DNA from: Octopus vulgaris
Taxonomy: Eukaryota
DNA: 64,000 bases
Direction of reading: 5' to 3'
Assembly (NCBI GenBank): GCA_951406725.2
Contig: OX597814.1
Location: 89,342,001 to 89,406,000 of the forward strand
The translations under genes were made by a program, and so were the position numbers. How positions within the stretch are numbered: position 1 is the stretch's first letter; each line of letters begins with the position of its first letter. Below the pieces are notes generated by a model. That model had not been told where the DNA came from. It saw only the letters and a list, made by a program, of their open reading frames with translations, and searched no databases. This document shows positions 14,256 to 26,600 of this stretch, one piece after another.

Positions 14256-14921
14256 TTAAGGGGGTGCGTGCGTTTAGTCATATAATATATTAATAAATGA
14301 AATAAAACATATGCATATATATAAACATATATGTATGTACCTACCTCTACATGTACATATACACGCATATATGAGTACAGGACACCAAAGGGACGTCGAA
14401 CACAAAGAGAAACGAAAACATAGACACAAACCAAAGGAACTGGACATTTTTTTAAAAACAACAAAAAAATGGAGTACAGGACAATTAACACAAAGAAAAA
14501 AACCCGTCCTGTACTCTTTTATCCTTCGAAACGTAGAGTAGATGAAACCATAGCGACTGAAGAAGGGTTTTTTCTTTGTGTTAATTGTCCTGTACTCCAT
14601 TTTTTTGTTGTTTTTAAAAAAATGTCCAGTTCCTTTGCTTTGTGTCTATGTTTTCGTTTCTCTTTGTGTTCGACGTCCCTTTGGTGTCCTGTACTCATAT
14701 ATGCGTGTATATGTACATGTAGAGGTAGGTACTTACATATATGTTTATATATATGCATATGTTTTATTTCATTTATTAATATATATATATGTACAGGGTG
14801 TCCCAAAAAAATGTATACACACCTTAAATAATTGTAAATTTGTTATTCTTTGTAAGCCTAGTACTTATTCTATCGTTCTCTTTTGCCGAACCACTATGTG
14901 TATACATTTTTTGGGGACACC

Positions 14922-15012
<91 letters not shown>

Positions 15013-17497
15013 TACACACATGAATATATGTATACACACACAAATCTATATCTGTATCTAGATATATATATATATATATATGTTGGTGCAAACAGGATAT
15101 AGATAGTTTGATAGTGCCAATGCACGAAACACTGGGACATTGAATTACTTCCGTTACTTCTGCTTAATATTAATAATATATACATATTATATAATCACCT
15201 AGTTTTGCATCAGTAACAAATAAAAGCATACTAAATACAATTAATAGAGTGGGTATATTTTGATATCAAGTAATATATTACTGGTTGTGGAATATAACTG
15301 GTCAGAACATTACCATTGGTTTCAGGCAAAGTAATGCTACTATACAATATTGATGACTCTTCGGACAGGCTGGAAAGAAACACATGGCCTCTTTGATGCT
15401 GGATGTACATAGAATTAAGGTTACTTTGATAGTAGCAAAAGGGTGAAACAAAATTCTGTGGGAAATAATTTTAAGAAAGAAAAAGTGACTTTTGCTTTGC
15501 AGAAGTAGACATTACTTCTGCTTTTGGTTTCTATGTTGCACTGACCATTCACTCAGCCCTCACTGTAAACCCAACATTAGAATCCTGCTTCTGCCTGCAG
15601 TTTAGGAGTATTAACTAGTATTTTTTTTTAAAGCTAGGTGCACAGCCTAATGAGAACTTATTGAAAACCCTCCTGTATCTATGGTCCTGCATAAAATGTT
15701 TATTCATTAGTCTAATGAATGCCTTACCCATACAGGCTTTCACATTAAGTTAGAAAGGGGAATGTGCATGCAAAGCAGATGACTTTGTGGTGGTCTTTTC
15801 TCTTCTGGGTGCCTATAAGTAATGCAGTTTTCAAACTCACTGGCTGCCAAAGCTTTGTAGCAAGACTCAAAACTGAGTCATTAGACTGAAAAGTTAAAAT
15901 CATGGCATAGCAACACCTTGTTCATGTGAGAGGTCAAAATAAGTGCAGTTCCACTCTCGTAATTACAGTAGCTGAATGAGTAGTACGATAGGCAGAAGAG
16001 TAATGGAGGGTGGATGTTAGGAAGATGGGAGTTTGGGGTGGAGGTTTCTCTGGGAAAGATTGGGTGCAGGAGAATAGCCATAAATGACATACTTCTAGGA
16101 CCTCATTTTCATTTTTGCTTAGATGAATTGACCTTCTTAAGCACAACAAATCACCAATCATCTTCTCTGTGAGGCTCAATATCCTGAGGTCATTCTTCAC
16201 TACTTTATCCCACATCTACCCAGGTAGCTCTCTTCCAAGGTTCAATCCACATTTAGCAATCAGCACTTCTTTATGCAGCAGTCCTCATCCATACGCAGCA
16301 TATGACCATACCACTGCTGTCTTTTCTCTTGTACATCACATCTGATGCCTTTAATCAACACATTGGAACTTTGTCATACATGCACACTGCCATTGCACAT
16401 CTAGTGGAGCATGCTAGCTTCATTTCTTTGAAGCCTTCACTTGCCCTCTGAATTCACTACCCTGTAGCATTGCTGTTTAAACACAAGCATCATTCAATCT
16501 GTCTTTCACTCTGAGAGAGATGCCTTTTGTTAACAACAGAGGTAATAACTTTCTGAATTTTCTCCAGTTAGTTCTTATTCTAGTGATTATGCTTTTAATT
16601 CCCCTCCACTGTAAAGATTTCCTCCTAGACATATGAGGAAATCTATTTCCTGAGTTACAGATCACATGTTGAAACTAAAACCTTTGTAGCATGGAAGACA
16701 CAAGTTACCTATTGAGAAATACACAAAGACTGTTAATTCCACTTAAACATTTATTGTTTGTAATATAGTGTCAAAATTTTCTTCACTCAGAACTGCACTT
16801 AGTGAGTGACAAATGTGTTCCTTGTGCTTATTGTTCCTGCACATCTGCCACACAGTTTGCTTTCTAAGTTAATCTTCCTGTGATTCCACTGCATTTCTTG
16901 TGTCCACAGTTTGCACTGGATACACCATATGGAATTTCTATCTACACCTGTTCTACGTATCAAGCAAAACCATTTTCCTGAAGGGATTAGTGGTTTGTAT
17001 GATCACTTGGAGGTTCAGTTCACTGTTGTATAATAATCAATATGTAAAATTAGCGAGTATTTCGTTAAATTGTAGAGTTGAGCTCAAATCATTTTATAAC
17101 AAAATGAGTGAGAAAGGCAAAAGAAGAAAAAAAAATAATGGCAAGGGATCGAAATATGTAAGCCTATCATGATACCTTTTGGAAAAGACAACGGAAACAA
17201 AGAAGAGATGGACGGAATAACATTTGTCAATAACGAAATAAGAATAAATAACTAAATAAAATGAAACAGGAAAATCAACAAGGGGAAAAAGAAAAAGAAG
17301 AAAAAAAAGTAGGGTTATGGTAATAAACAAGTATAAGTTACCTACCGTTCAAGACGTTGCTCAAGGTCCCTAATTTGAACAAGATAAAATTCTTTACTGG
17401 TTTCACTTAAAGGCACAACAAGCGGAACTGGTGCCGGCTTGCTTCCTCTGTCACCGGTCTTATCATCTTTTTTCTTTGGTGTCGCCTTGGGAGGCAT
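2818..17497 (-). CDS. CFAP157: Cilia- and flagella-associated protein 157, first three coding exons (17346-17497, 5368-5489, 2818-2967); continues beyond the left edge
   Basis: ATG at 17497; GT-AG junctions with consistent phases (2, 1, 1). Joined translation [141 protein letters not shown] matches the recalled human CFAP157 N-terminus ([25 protein letters not shown] ... KDQLTTENIIL). Confidence 0.9.
4020..4700 (+). mobile_element. Decayed RTE-like LINE 3' fragment
   Basis: [24 protein letters not shown]...KMRFKNCL, followed by degraded C2H2-like motifs. Confidence 0.75.
5831..6708. mobile_element. Mariner-derived fold-back element made of two 5' ends
   Basis: About 210-bp inverted arms (5831-6039 and 6499-6708), TA flanks. 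Both arms run into a transposase start ([20 protein letters not shown] on plus; VYEWFRHF...DERS on minus). Confidence 0.85.
6738..6846. repeat. (TACA)n microsatellite
   Basis: Read directly from the sequence. Confidence 0.95.
6868..7949. mobile_element. Long-TIR non-autonomous DNA transposon with a nested RTE-tail/SINE fragment (about 7590-7708)
   Basis: About 320-bp diverged inverted arms starting GGGTGTCCTGTTTTCAGGGTCAAA and ending TTTGACCCTGAAAACGGGACCCC; TA flanks. Confidence 0.8.
8663..8848. repeat. Compound (TA)n/(CA)n microsatellite
   Basis: Read directly. Similar tracts at 4789-4854, 14925-15080, 18111-18163, 18360-18416, 18622-18668 and 36016-36210. Confidence 0.95.
9469..9536. repeat. 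(TAA)n microsatellite
   Basis: Read directly; it is the tail of the adjacent minus-strand SINE. Confidence 0.95.
9781..12832 (+). mobile_element. Decayed R4/Dong-like non-LTR retrotransposon (RT plus restriction-like endonuclease)
   Basis: Frameshifted RT motifs [26 protein letters not shown] and [16 protein letters not shown]; thumb region [10 protein letters not shown]...[13 protein letters not shown]; RLE-like [17 protein letters not shown]. Flanked on both sides by (TAA)n. Confidence 0.85.
13359..14054. mobile_element. Tc1/mariner-superfamily fold-back element made of two 3' ends
   Basis: TIR CAGGGTGTCCCAAAA with TA flanks. Transposase C-terminus ([22 protein letters not shown]) on minus, and a shorter copy ([16 protein letters not shown]) on plus. 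Confidence 0.85.
14285..14784. repeat. Near-perfect 220-bp-arm inverted repeat, possibly Penelope-like terminal structure
   Basis: Arms 14285-14505 and 14565-14784 differ by about two substitutions and one A indel; 59-bp spacer; related single-arm copy at about 36215-36340. Confidence 0.9.
14794..14924. mobile_element. Tc1/mariner MITE
   Basis: TIR CAGGGTGTCCCAAAAAATGTATACAC with TA flanks; same terminus as the element at 13359-14054. Confidence 0.85.
16120..17010 (-). mobile_element. Decayed RTE LINE fragment
   Basis: Homologous to 1290-1930 ([30 protein letters not shown]; [16 protein letters not shown]). Confidence 0.8.
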
Positions 17498-17628
17498 ACT
17501 TCTCAGTATCAGTGTATAAATATCAAAGAGTAAGGCATAAATAAGCAGTAAAACGAAAATAATAACAGCCGCCGATTCAACGTATAAACAAGTTTACGGT
17601 AAGTAATTCGCCATGACAGTTGTGAAGC

Positions 17629-17642
17629 GTTTCCATAGAAAC
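17629..17642. promoter_or_regulatory. RFX X-box upstream of CFAP157
   Basis: GTTTCCATAGAAAC, a near-palindrome resembling the GTTNCCATGGNAAC X-box, about 130 bp upstream of the ATG of a ciliary gene. Confidence 0.6.
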
Positions 17643-18108
17643 ACAAGTTACGTTTATTATTTGTTATTCTCTCCCTACCTTGCTTTATCTCTTTCACCCT
17701 TTCTTCGTTGCGTATGATTCACTAATAATACTAGTTTATGATTCAGACAAAGGTAAGAAATTTTGAGTTGAAAGATTTAGTCGATCCCCTCGACTCCAGT
17801 ACTTGACTGGTACTTCGAAAGATGCAAAGCAAGGCTGACTTTGCCGGGATTTGAACTCAGAACATAAAGAGCGGGAACAATTCATTGAGATGATAATATT
17901 TTATATTATATCTCCTCGTATCTATGTATATGTGCATGTATGCATGCAAGCATGTATGTGTGTGTGTATGTGTGCGTCTCTCTCTCTCTCACACACATAC
18001 TCCCCCCACACACACACTCTCTCTCCCTCCCCCTGTCTCTCTGTATATATACAGAAAGATACACAGAGAGAAAAAAAAAACAATGAAAGAAGGAGAGAAA
18101 AAAAATGA

Positions 18109-18166
<58 letters not shown>

Positions 18167-18345
18167 CAGTGCTTTTCAAACTTTTTGCTGGAGCGGAACC
18201 CCAAGGAAACATTCCACTGGCTCGAGGAACCCCTGTGCAATAATTTAATAGTCTTATGCACGCATATCTGTATAGGAGACTTAAAAATTACTGCCGATTT
18301 TAGCAGTTTTGTAACTTCTTGCGGAACCCTGCTTGAAAACCACTG
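18167..18345. mobile_element. hAT (Charlie-like) MITE
   Basis: TIRs CAGTGCTTTTCAA / TTGAAAACCACTG and a perfect 8-bp target duplication ATATAGAC (18159-18166, 18346-18353). Confidence 0.9.
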
Positions 18346-18351
18346 ATATAG

Positions 18352-18416
<65 letters not shown>

Positions 18417-18417
<1 letters not shown>

Positions 18418-18615
18418 GAGAAGGGTGCTGAAAAGTTCCTGGCTTTAAGGGTGTCGCGAAAGGCCTGGCTGGAGGTCTTCAGAGTTTTTTTAAAGGGCTT
18501 AGAAAAACGGAAGGACCCTTACAATGAGCGTGTTAATCTGAGAATAAAATCATAATTAACTGATCCTCTTGTATTTTCTTTTATTCAAGGCCAGGAACTT
18601 TTCAACACTGCCACG
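18417..18615. mobile_element. Mariner-type MITE (second copy at about 57805-58017)
   Basis: TIRs ...GGGTGCTGAAAAGTTCCTGGC / GCCAGGAACTTTTCAACAC..., TA flanks, homologous copy within the window. Confidence 0.8.
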
Positions 18616-18673
<58 letters not shown>

Positions 18674-18784
18674 CGCGCGTGTGTGGATGTATTTATATAT
18701 ATATATATATGGCGTAACTTATAGATTGATTAGTAAACATTATTAATGATATGTCGATAAAAAGTTGTTGCTATAATCGCATAC

Positions 18785-19381
18785 TGTAGGATGTGAAAGA
18801 TGTACAATGTATAAAGTTTTAAGGAAATATTTATTTACCGTTATGCTACAATAATTTCATTATTATTTTAAATACCTTGCCTCGACGAACAGGTTTTGAT
18901 AAATCCAAAAGCATGCGAAGTAAAGTTTGAGTTTGTATCCTCTTTATTGTTTAGTAGTAATTACTGAGACAGATAGAATGATGTTGTGAGAGAATAGAAT
19001 TAGAGTTAGAGAAAATTGTAGGGTGTTGTCTCACAGTTGCTTTCTCCCTCTGACCAAGGTTGGTCAGCCAGACCTCGTTGAGTTGTCACCGACTGTGACA
19101 AACTAACTTTTGCTTGGGATAAGCTTGCTTTTATAACTATCTAGAAGGATAGATATATCATTGAGAACAATAGATTTAGTTGGTGATCTTATCTCTATTC
19201 TAGCTTTTGGTAAAGCAGAAGAGGTTAGAAAGAGTCAAGTAGCTAAAGGCATCTGGAAAATGTAAATACTGCTGTCAGAGAAAAACCATTGTTCTATCGT
19301 GGGGAAAAGTTCTGTTGCAGTGTTAATTTAGATTTGGTTATGGTGGATCGAATTCACTTCATGCATGCAAGATCCACTACA
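18785..19381 (-). mobile_element. Probable solo LTR
   Basis: 597 bp bounded by TGTAG...CTACA. On minus, a TATAAAA box (about 19130) precedes an AATAAA (about 18945). No clean target duplication. Confidence 0.55.
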
Positions 19382-19409
19382 TATATATAATATACACACA
19401 CCAACACTT

Positions 19410-20825
19410 TAAGGCATTGCGGTCGGCTATACCCTTCGCCGTCTCACTGCAAAGGTGTGCTTACAATCGGTCTCTAACTTATTGGCGGAGGAATTTTCAA
19501 CCACCCAGCTAGGAGTGGGCACCAAACTGGGATGTGAAGCTGCCGCCCACGCAACCAGAGCCTATGCCAACATGCCTTTCTTGTCACCCAAGGTCATCCT
19601 CAAACTTGACCTTAAGAATCTTTTCAACACCATCAGCCGCGATGCTGTCCTCAGTTCAGTAAGAGAGAAAGTTCCACAACTTTATTGCCTTGCACGGCAG
19701 GCTTATCGGGAGCCCTTCTATCTCTCTTTCGGTGACCAAATCACCACCTCCGCCTCAGAAGTCCGACCGGGCAATCCACTCGAGCTTGTTCTGTGCATAC
19801 TGGGCATTGATGACATCGTCAAGATGGAGGTCGTACTAGACCTCAACGTCTGTTATCTCGACGATGCTTGTGGGGACCTCCGGACAGAGTTCTCGCTATT
19901 GCTAACATGATAGTTGGGGAGCTTGGTCACCTGGGTTTCCAAGTATACAACTCCAAATGTGAGCTCTGGATCCTCAATCACCCGGCTTCTCAACATCAAC
20001 CAACTATTGACCTTTTTGCAGAGTCCTTCCCTTCCATTGCAGCCTTTCCCCATCGACTTGGCGCTCTCTGGGTGCCCCATTCACTGACTTTGCCTTTGAG
20101 TTCATCTTCCAGTCGAAGGTGGCTGCTCTTGAGCAATTGCTGAAAAATATTGAAGCTATCGAACCCCATCAAAGTTTTTTCATACTTAGTAATTACCTCC
20201 CGATCCCTAAGCTTCTATCTCATACTACCGATTCCCATCGTGCCTCCAATACTTCGACAACCTAATGTTTGAGTGACTCGAATGCTTAGTCAATGTCAGA
20301 CTCTCTCCAACGTTCCGCAATCAGGCTGCATTGCCCAAGCGATTTGGAGGTCTTGGTCTTCGTGCTTGTCCCTCTCTCTCTCTCCTGCTTACTTTCTTCC
20401 ACCCATGCCTGCTTCAGACTGGTGAACAACATCCTCTCCTCTCCAACATAGACCACTCCCAACAGGGAGATGGATGAAACTCTCCAACACCGGAGGGAAT
20501 TGGGCTTGTCTGCTCCCGCGAAGGTGGAGGACTACCGGAGTCAGAGAGCTTGGGAAAACATAATTCCGAAGGCCACCTTCGACTCCTTCTTCATCCAGTC
20601 GGACAAGTTTTCAAGTTGCCATTTACTGTCTACAAGCGCCAAATACTCAGGTGACTGGATTAATGCCATCCCTGTAGCTTATGTTTGTGGCCTACTCAGC
20701 TTGGACGAACTTCGTGTCTCCATTGCCCTCAGTGTGGGACCTGACGTATGCACGGGTTTGATCTGTCGTTGTGACAGGCTCCTCGACACCACAGGCCCAC
20801 ATAGCCTTTCTTGCTGCCTGAATGT
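19410..20825 (+). mobile_element. Decayed CRE-like non-LTR retrotransposon RT fragment
   Basis: IAVGYTLRRLTAK, QLGVGTKLGCEAAAH, LKLDLKNLFNTISR, YLDD, LPKRFGGLGLR, SGDWINAIP, and a C-x-C...H-xx-xC knuckle; multiple stops and frameshifts. Confidence 0.75.
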
Positions 20826-20899
20826 TGGTAGTGGTGGTTATATTGTTCTTGTTGATTTATTGTTGTTGCTGATTGATTTAAGTCAAATTACGTGTTGTA

Positions 20900-22150
20900 A
20901 AATTACGTAATTGTGTAAAAGGCCCAGAATTTTGTGCAATAAGCTTATCAAAGCGTCATAAATGAAATTCATACCTGTATATATATCTAAATGTGTAAGC
21001 ATATTTATACATGTGTATAAGTATGTATATCTGTGGAAGGATTGTATGTATGAAACCAGGAAAAAGCTACAGAAAAACTTGTGTTGCTCAACAGAAGAAC
21101 CACAAGACTTTGGCATAATTTCTTGGTGATGTCTACTGGAATACATGTCTTAGCCATCAACATTAAAAATACCGAATGCACGTGTAATGTCACCATACTG
21201 CGTGTGGTTTTTTTTTCAATGTGTGCAGGTGATGTATTGTCAATAAATGACTGAATTTTTTTTGTTTCGTTGTCATATTTAGCTTAAGATATTGAATGGA
21301 GAATAACTTCTGATTGAAACCATTACATTTCAAGTATTTGCAAAATCCTTGAGAGTAAAAATTGGTCAGCATAATTATTGTTGAAATTGACAAGAGTTTG
21401 AATCAGTCTGGTGACATGTTATTTTTTCAAGAAATTTTCCCTCGGCTTTGATCCAATTGTAATTGAGGTTTCTAATAAAATACCTGGATAATTTTTGATG
21501 TTTAACAATAAAAATCTCTGTTGCATTCCAAGTCAATTTTTTCTCACACTAATGTCTAATTTGATACTTTTCAATTTTCAAAAACAAAAAAAAGTCTAAA
21601 GTGGGGCTAAATGAGTAATTATTAATCTCAATAGTTTCTTCTATTTAACGGTATGATGCGTTAATATATCAGGATGAGAGCCTTTGCTAGCAAGAAAGGG
21701 ATTTTCATTACAATTTTTGACCTTTCTTTTTCTAAAAGTCGTCAAACTTTTGACTATTTTTAATTATAATTGAGCTTAACGGTACAATGCCTCGGGCCTG
21801 ATTCTCGATCCATACACCCAAAAGCCGTCCTATTTTAAGCTTCCATTAGATCTTTGAAAAGATCTAAGAGCAACTTTTTGAGCACTTAATTTTCTTTCAA
21901 TTACTACGTACGTATTGCTCCTACTGTAGACGTTGCGAGCACTAATGTCTAGCAATGTGGCTGATTTTTTTTTCCTCTCGCATCAAGCCTTTTTTAAAAT
22001 ATTGTGGTTAATACCCAGTGTAATCTATTTCGCACTATTACCTTCAGTTCCAGTTAATGTCTTCTTTTATGTAATAACGCGCCGATCTACAATTATCTAC
22101 TGTAAATATATATTTGAAAAAGCAGCATCAGAGAAGGAATTGTTTTATGT
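20900..22150 (-). mobile_element. Decayed pogo/Tigger-like transposase relic
   Basis: Minus-strand VWIENQARGIVPLSSIIIK (CENP-B-type HTH of Tigger) near 21770-21820 and KKIQSFIDNTSPAH (DDE-like) near 21225-21265; boundaries approximate. Confidence 0.6.
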
Positions 22151-23034
22151 GAGCCATTTTTTGTTTTATTCTTATGGATGTAAGAAAATGAAAAGGTGAA
22201 AGAGTGAGGTGGAAGGAAGTACTGTTTGATTACAGTTAATTGAAGGGCTATCAGATTCATCGACACTTCACCCTTTGTACTCCTGACTTAAGCCAGGAAA
22301 ACTCTACGCTCTACTTACAACACACACGCACAATATATGTAGCTACAGACAATTCGATCATGCTGATACTTTTATTGCCGTTGTCAGTCGGTTAATCAAA
22401 TGTTGGTGGTTTGGTAGTAATGTTGGCGTTGGTTGTAATGATTTTCATGTTGGCGATGATAGTGATAGTGGTGGTGGGAGTATTATTGTTGGTAGTGGTG
22501 GTTATATTGTTGTTGCTGATTGATTTAAGTCACTTCCCGTTGACCTAAGTTCACAGACGTTTTACTCAACATCTAAGATACATTACAGTACTACATTATC
22601 TCATGTGATTTAAAAAATTTTTTTTATTTCCGATGCAGTTAGTTATCTTATTTGTACCATTGTTGCTGTTGTCATTGGTTATTAAAGGTGTTTCTGGTTG
22701 GTTATGATGGCGGTTGTATTGGTTTTGGAGTTGATAAATTGTGGTAGTGGTGAAGGTTGATGTGTACATGTGCGCGGTATATATATATGAACGTATGGAT
22801 GGATAGATTGATGATCCAACACGCACGCACACACACATATTTGAACATATATATATGTGTATGTATCGTGTTTATAGTTTTTCAAATTATTAACTCTGGG
22901 AAACGATCGCTTGGCTGAGAAGAAATTATAGTTTTTAAAAGACTATTTTCCAAAATTAGTGGTGACACTTTAAAATTCCCGTAAGCGCGAAATCCTGTAA
23001 CCTGAGGAAGCCGTAATGTGAAGATTCCTGTATA

Positions 23035-23420
23035 GGCGCAGGAGTGGCTGTGTGGTAAGTAGCTTGCTTACCAACCACATGGTTCCGGGTTCAGTCCCAC
23101 TGCGTGGCACCTTGGGCAAGTGTCGTCTTCTACTATAGCCTCAGGCCGACCAAAGCCTTGTGAGTGGATTTGGTAGACAGAAACTGAAAGAAGCCCGTCG
23201 TATATATGTATATGTGTGTTTGTGTGTCTGTGTCCCCCAATATCGCTTGACAACCGATGCTGGTGTGTTTACGTCCGCGTAACTTAGCGGTTCGGCAAAA
23301 TAAACTGATAGAATAAGTACTAGGCTTACAAAGAATAAGTCCTGGGGTCGATTGGCTCGACTAAAGGCGGCGCTCCAGCATGGCCGCAGTCAAATGACTG
23401 AAACAAGTAAAAGAGTAAAA
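23035..23420 (+). mobile_element. Full-length tRNA-derived SINE immediately upstream of NDUFS3
   Basis: A-box TGGCTGTGTGG, B-box GGTTCAGTCCC, internal (TG) tract. The 3' part GCTCCAGCATGGCCGCAGTCAAATGACTGAAACAAGTAAAA is shared with 48690-48830 and, inverted, 40160-40490. Confidence 0.85.
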
Positions 23421-23667
23421 AAGTAGTGTATTACGAGGTTCCCAACTTTAGCTTTTGTCAGCTTTTAAACATATGAAAAAATTCTTTCATTAGCACAGAT
23501 AAAAAATGAGAATAAGTGACATTCATACGTTTTCCTTGGAAATAAATAAATATTATAAAACGAAAAAAAACAAAAAAAAAACATCTTTCAGGAGGTCGCA
23601 ACTAAACGCTAAAGAACTCGCTCAATAGTGACTGCTAGTGTATCTGAATCTCTTTGGCAGGAGAGCG

Positions 23668-26600
23668 ATGGCGGCGCATTTGCGAAGGTTACTAGTCTCG
23701 GCTTCTGCCAATGCATTACGGCGATCGGGTAAAATATTTACTCTTGTTTTTAGCTTAAATTTAAAATTTATGGTTTGAGGATAGAATAACAGAAAAAAAT
23801 GAGAGAAGTAGTAATTAATTGGCATTTCAGTATGTTCCATAAATAATATTTCTTCATTTAGTTTTGTTTAACATTGAAGTTTGTTAGAGGGCATTTTCTG
23901 TTTGTAAGATAATTATTGAATTTTTTTTCCAAATCTATATATTTTGATGCTATGTTTAAATAATTACTGATCTTTGTCTTTGCTGTTATTTCTATTTCAC
24001 CTATCTATTTGTACTTAATATATTTATGTGTAGATTTACCAACACAAATACACCTGCACCTCTTCTATTGGAAATATAAATATCACGCTATTCTAACAAA
24101 TATACAAAATTACTTATACTTCTCTTATAAAGTAACGATTAATAATTAATTTCATTTATGTCTATCTATTTGTCTCATTGATTCTCTGTATCCATATTAA
24201 GATTATTTTCCTGTAATTTAAATCAATTTTGGTATAGGTGGATAACCATAACAAAAACAAGGGTAAATTATGACAAATCTAAAATTATACATGTGTACGT
24301 TATATTGTTAAATATAATGCATCGCGTATATGTTAATTTACGTAATATATGTATATAAGTATTCTAAGGTTTGATTTTTGATAAGTAAATTCCTGTCAGT
24401 AAAACTCTGAAAACGAATAATGATCTCTATCTCGTATATTATTAACGTGTAACACAATCTGTCGTGTGTATAGTTCCTTTATTTGTCAGGCGGACCCCAA
24501 AAGAATGTTACAATAAGAACTAGCGGTCGAACTAAAGGAGTTTGACCGAACTAGCATAGGGCAAGACCAATAACAATGACCCTGTATGTCGTCGCTCGAT
24601 CTGCTAGAAATAGCAGTCAAATCATAAACCTGTTGCAAACTACAGTCGCCTAAATTATTCCCGTCTCATCCCTAATTTAGGTCACTATGCTTTCGCAGCA
24701 ATTATCCCCACGGTTGATCAAGTTAGGGTTTCTCAAACAGGATACCGTGAAAAAATACCTGGGTTATATTTTGTTATATTTCGGGACTGACACACGCACT
24801 CTATATTTCTTTCTTCACTTCAGATTTATTTTATCATTGTTAATTTTATATTATTGTTCTTATTTTACGTCCTATGTCTGGAACTCTTTCGTCACACATC
24901 CTGTGACCTCTTCAGCGACTTTCATCCCATCTGATTTTTATATGAAACATTCTCTATCAAAAACAATTGTTTCATTTGATGTATTAAAATTAGAGTGGCC
25001 AGAGTTGTCCGGAAAATATAGGTGTAGGTTCAGTGATATTTTCAAATAATTGTCTAAGGATTCTGTGACATAATGTTTAGAAGACCTCTATGGGTTTTAA
25101 AACAGAAAATGTGTAGTTACACGTAAAATGACAATTTATAAAAAAGAGAATGCAAAAGAAGTATGTAAACTGGTTTTATTAACCGAATTACCATAACCCA
25201 TTAGCTCCAATAGTCCTTTTTTTTTAGGACCGAAAGGATAATCCATCATATTTTGGAGTGTCTTTCAAATATTGTAATGCAATTTTTTAAAAATATTTAG
25301 TATCAGATAAAGTTGTATAAGAAAAAGATTTTTGGTATTTTATTTGTTTCAGTCATTTGACTGAAACTTTGGTCTTTGCTAGGTTTGCTTTTAGGCTTCT
25401 TGATTACAGGCTTTACTTCCATGTTTGGAATAATAACATCATATATTTTAGAACATGCATGCACATAAATCAATAAGCACACAACACTTTGTCTCATTCT
25501 TTGATTGACAAAACTTTCATTCCTACCTTTTGTTGGAAGGACATCCAACTCAGAACATGTACTATATAATAAATAGATACTAAACTGATTTTCTGGTATG
25601 GAATCAGACTAGGATGATAACATTTTGTTTTGGACTGCTATTGATATTAAAATTCCATGTTTGTTATTTTTATAATGTTATTATTATATTTTCCATTTCA
25701 ATTATTAGCTTTCAGAACAAATGTAGGTGCCACTCAACTGTACCGATGCCAAAGTACAGTACAAGAAACTCAACGTAAGTAAAGATTTTTATTTTCGTGG
25801 AAATTCTTATTTGTAAAATACTTATTATAAAAGCAAGAAAAGTAAAATGAAATTAAATGTTACATCTATTTTTTCTTTCTTTTTTTTATAGCTACAATTA
25901 GGCCTGAAAGACCATTAGAGAAGAAGGCTCTATTTGACTTTGGTGAATATGTTGGGAGTTGCCTACCAAAATACGTTCAAAAGGTTCAGCTAACTCATTC
26001 CAATGAGCTTGAAGTTTTGATTCACCCGGATGGCATTATACCTGTCATAACTTTCCTCAAGGATCATCACAATGCACAATATTTGAATATTGTTGATATT
26101 GCTGGTGTGGACATCCCTACAAAACCTTATCGTTTTGAGGTAATCATGGTCTTGATTTCTTTTGTCTTGGTTTCATTGTTTCAGTTGATCATTTTGATTT
26201 GTTCAGATCTTACTTTGCTTGTATGAAAAGCCAGTCATTAAAAGCTGATTGGTACACCAATCTACAGCATTTAGATATAGTTCTGAGTATCTAGGCATAT
26301 CTCCATATCAGATGATTTAAATTGTAAATGAAAAGTGAACCAGCATCAATACCTTGTCATTAGCTTCTTTAACAACATGCAATTATCTAATTTGCATGGC
26401 AATCTAAATTATGCTGTTATGCAAATATAGATGTTTAAAAGATACTGGTTAGAACAGTAGCTATTTCTTGAAATGTCACAAAAATATTCAGTTTTGAAAT
26501 AGTGACTAAAGAGTTTTTGTCGCAGTGCCCAATTTTATCTCATCAACCCATTCGCTTCAATTATGTTACCCTAGATCTCAAAAAATTCCGTCTCCTTGTG

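Noticed and set aside
14129-15185. Duplicated ORFs on opposite strands and YI/CV-repeat ORFs, here and at 8.6, 17.9 and 36 kb
   Set aside because: Artefacts of the palindrome and of dinucleotide microsatellites.
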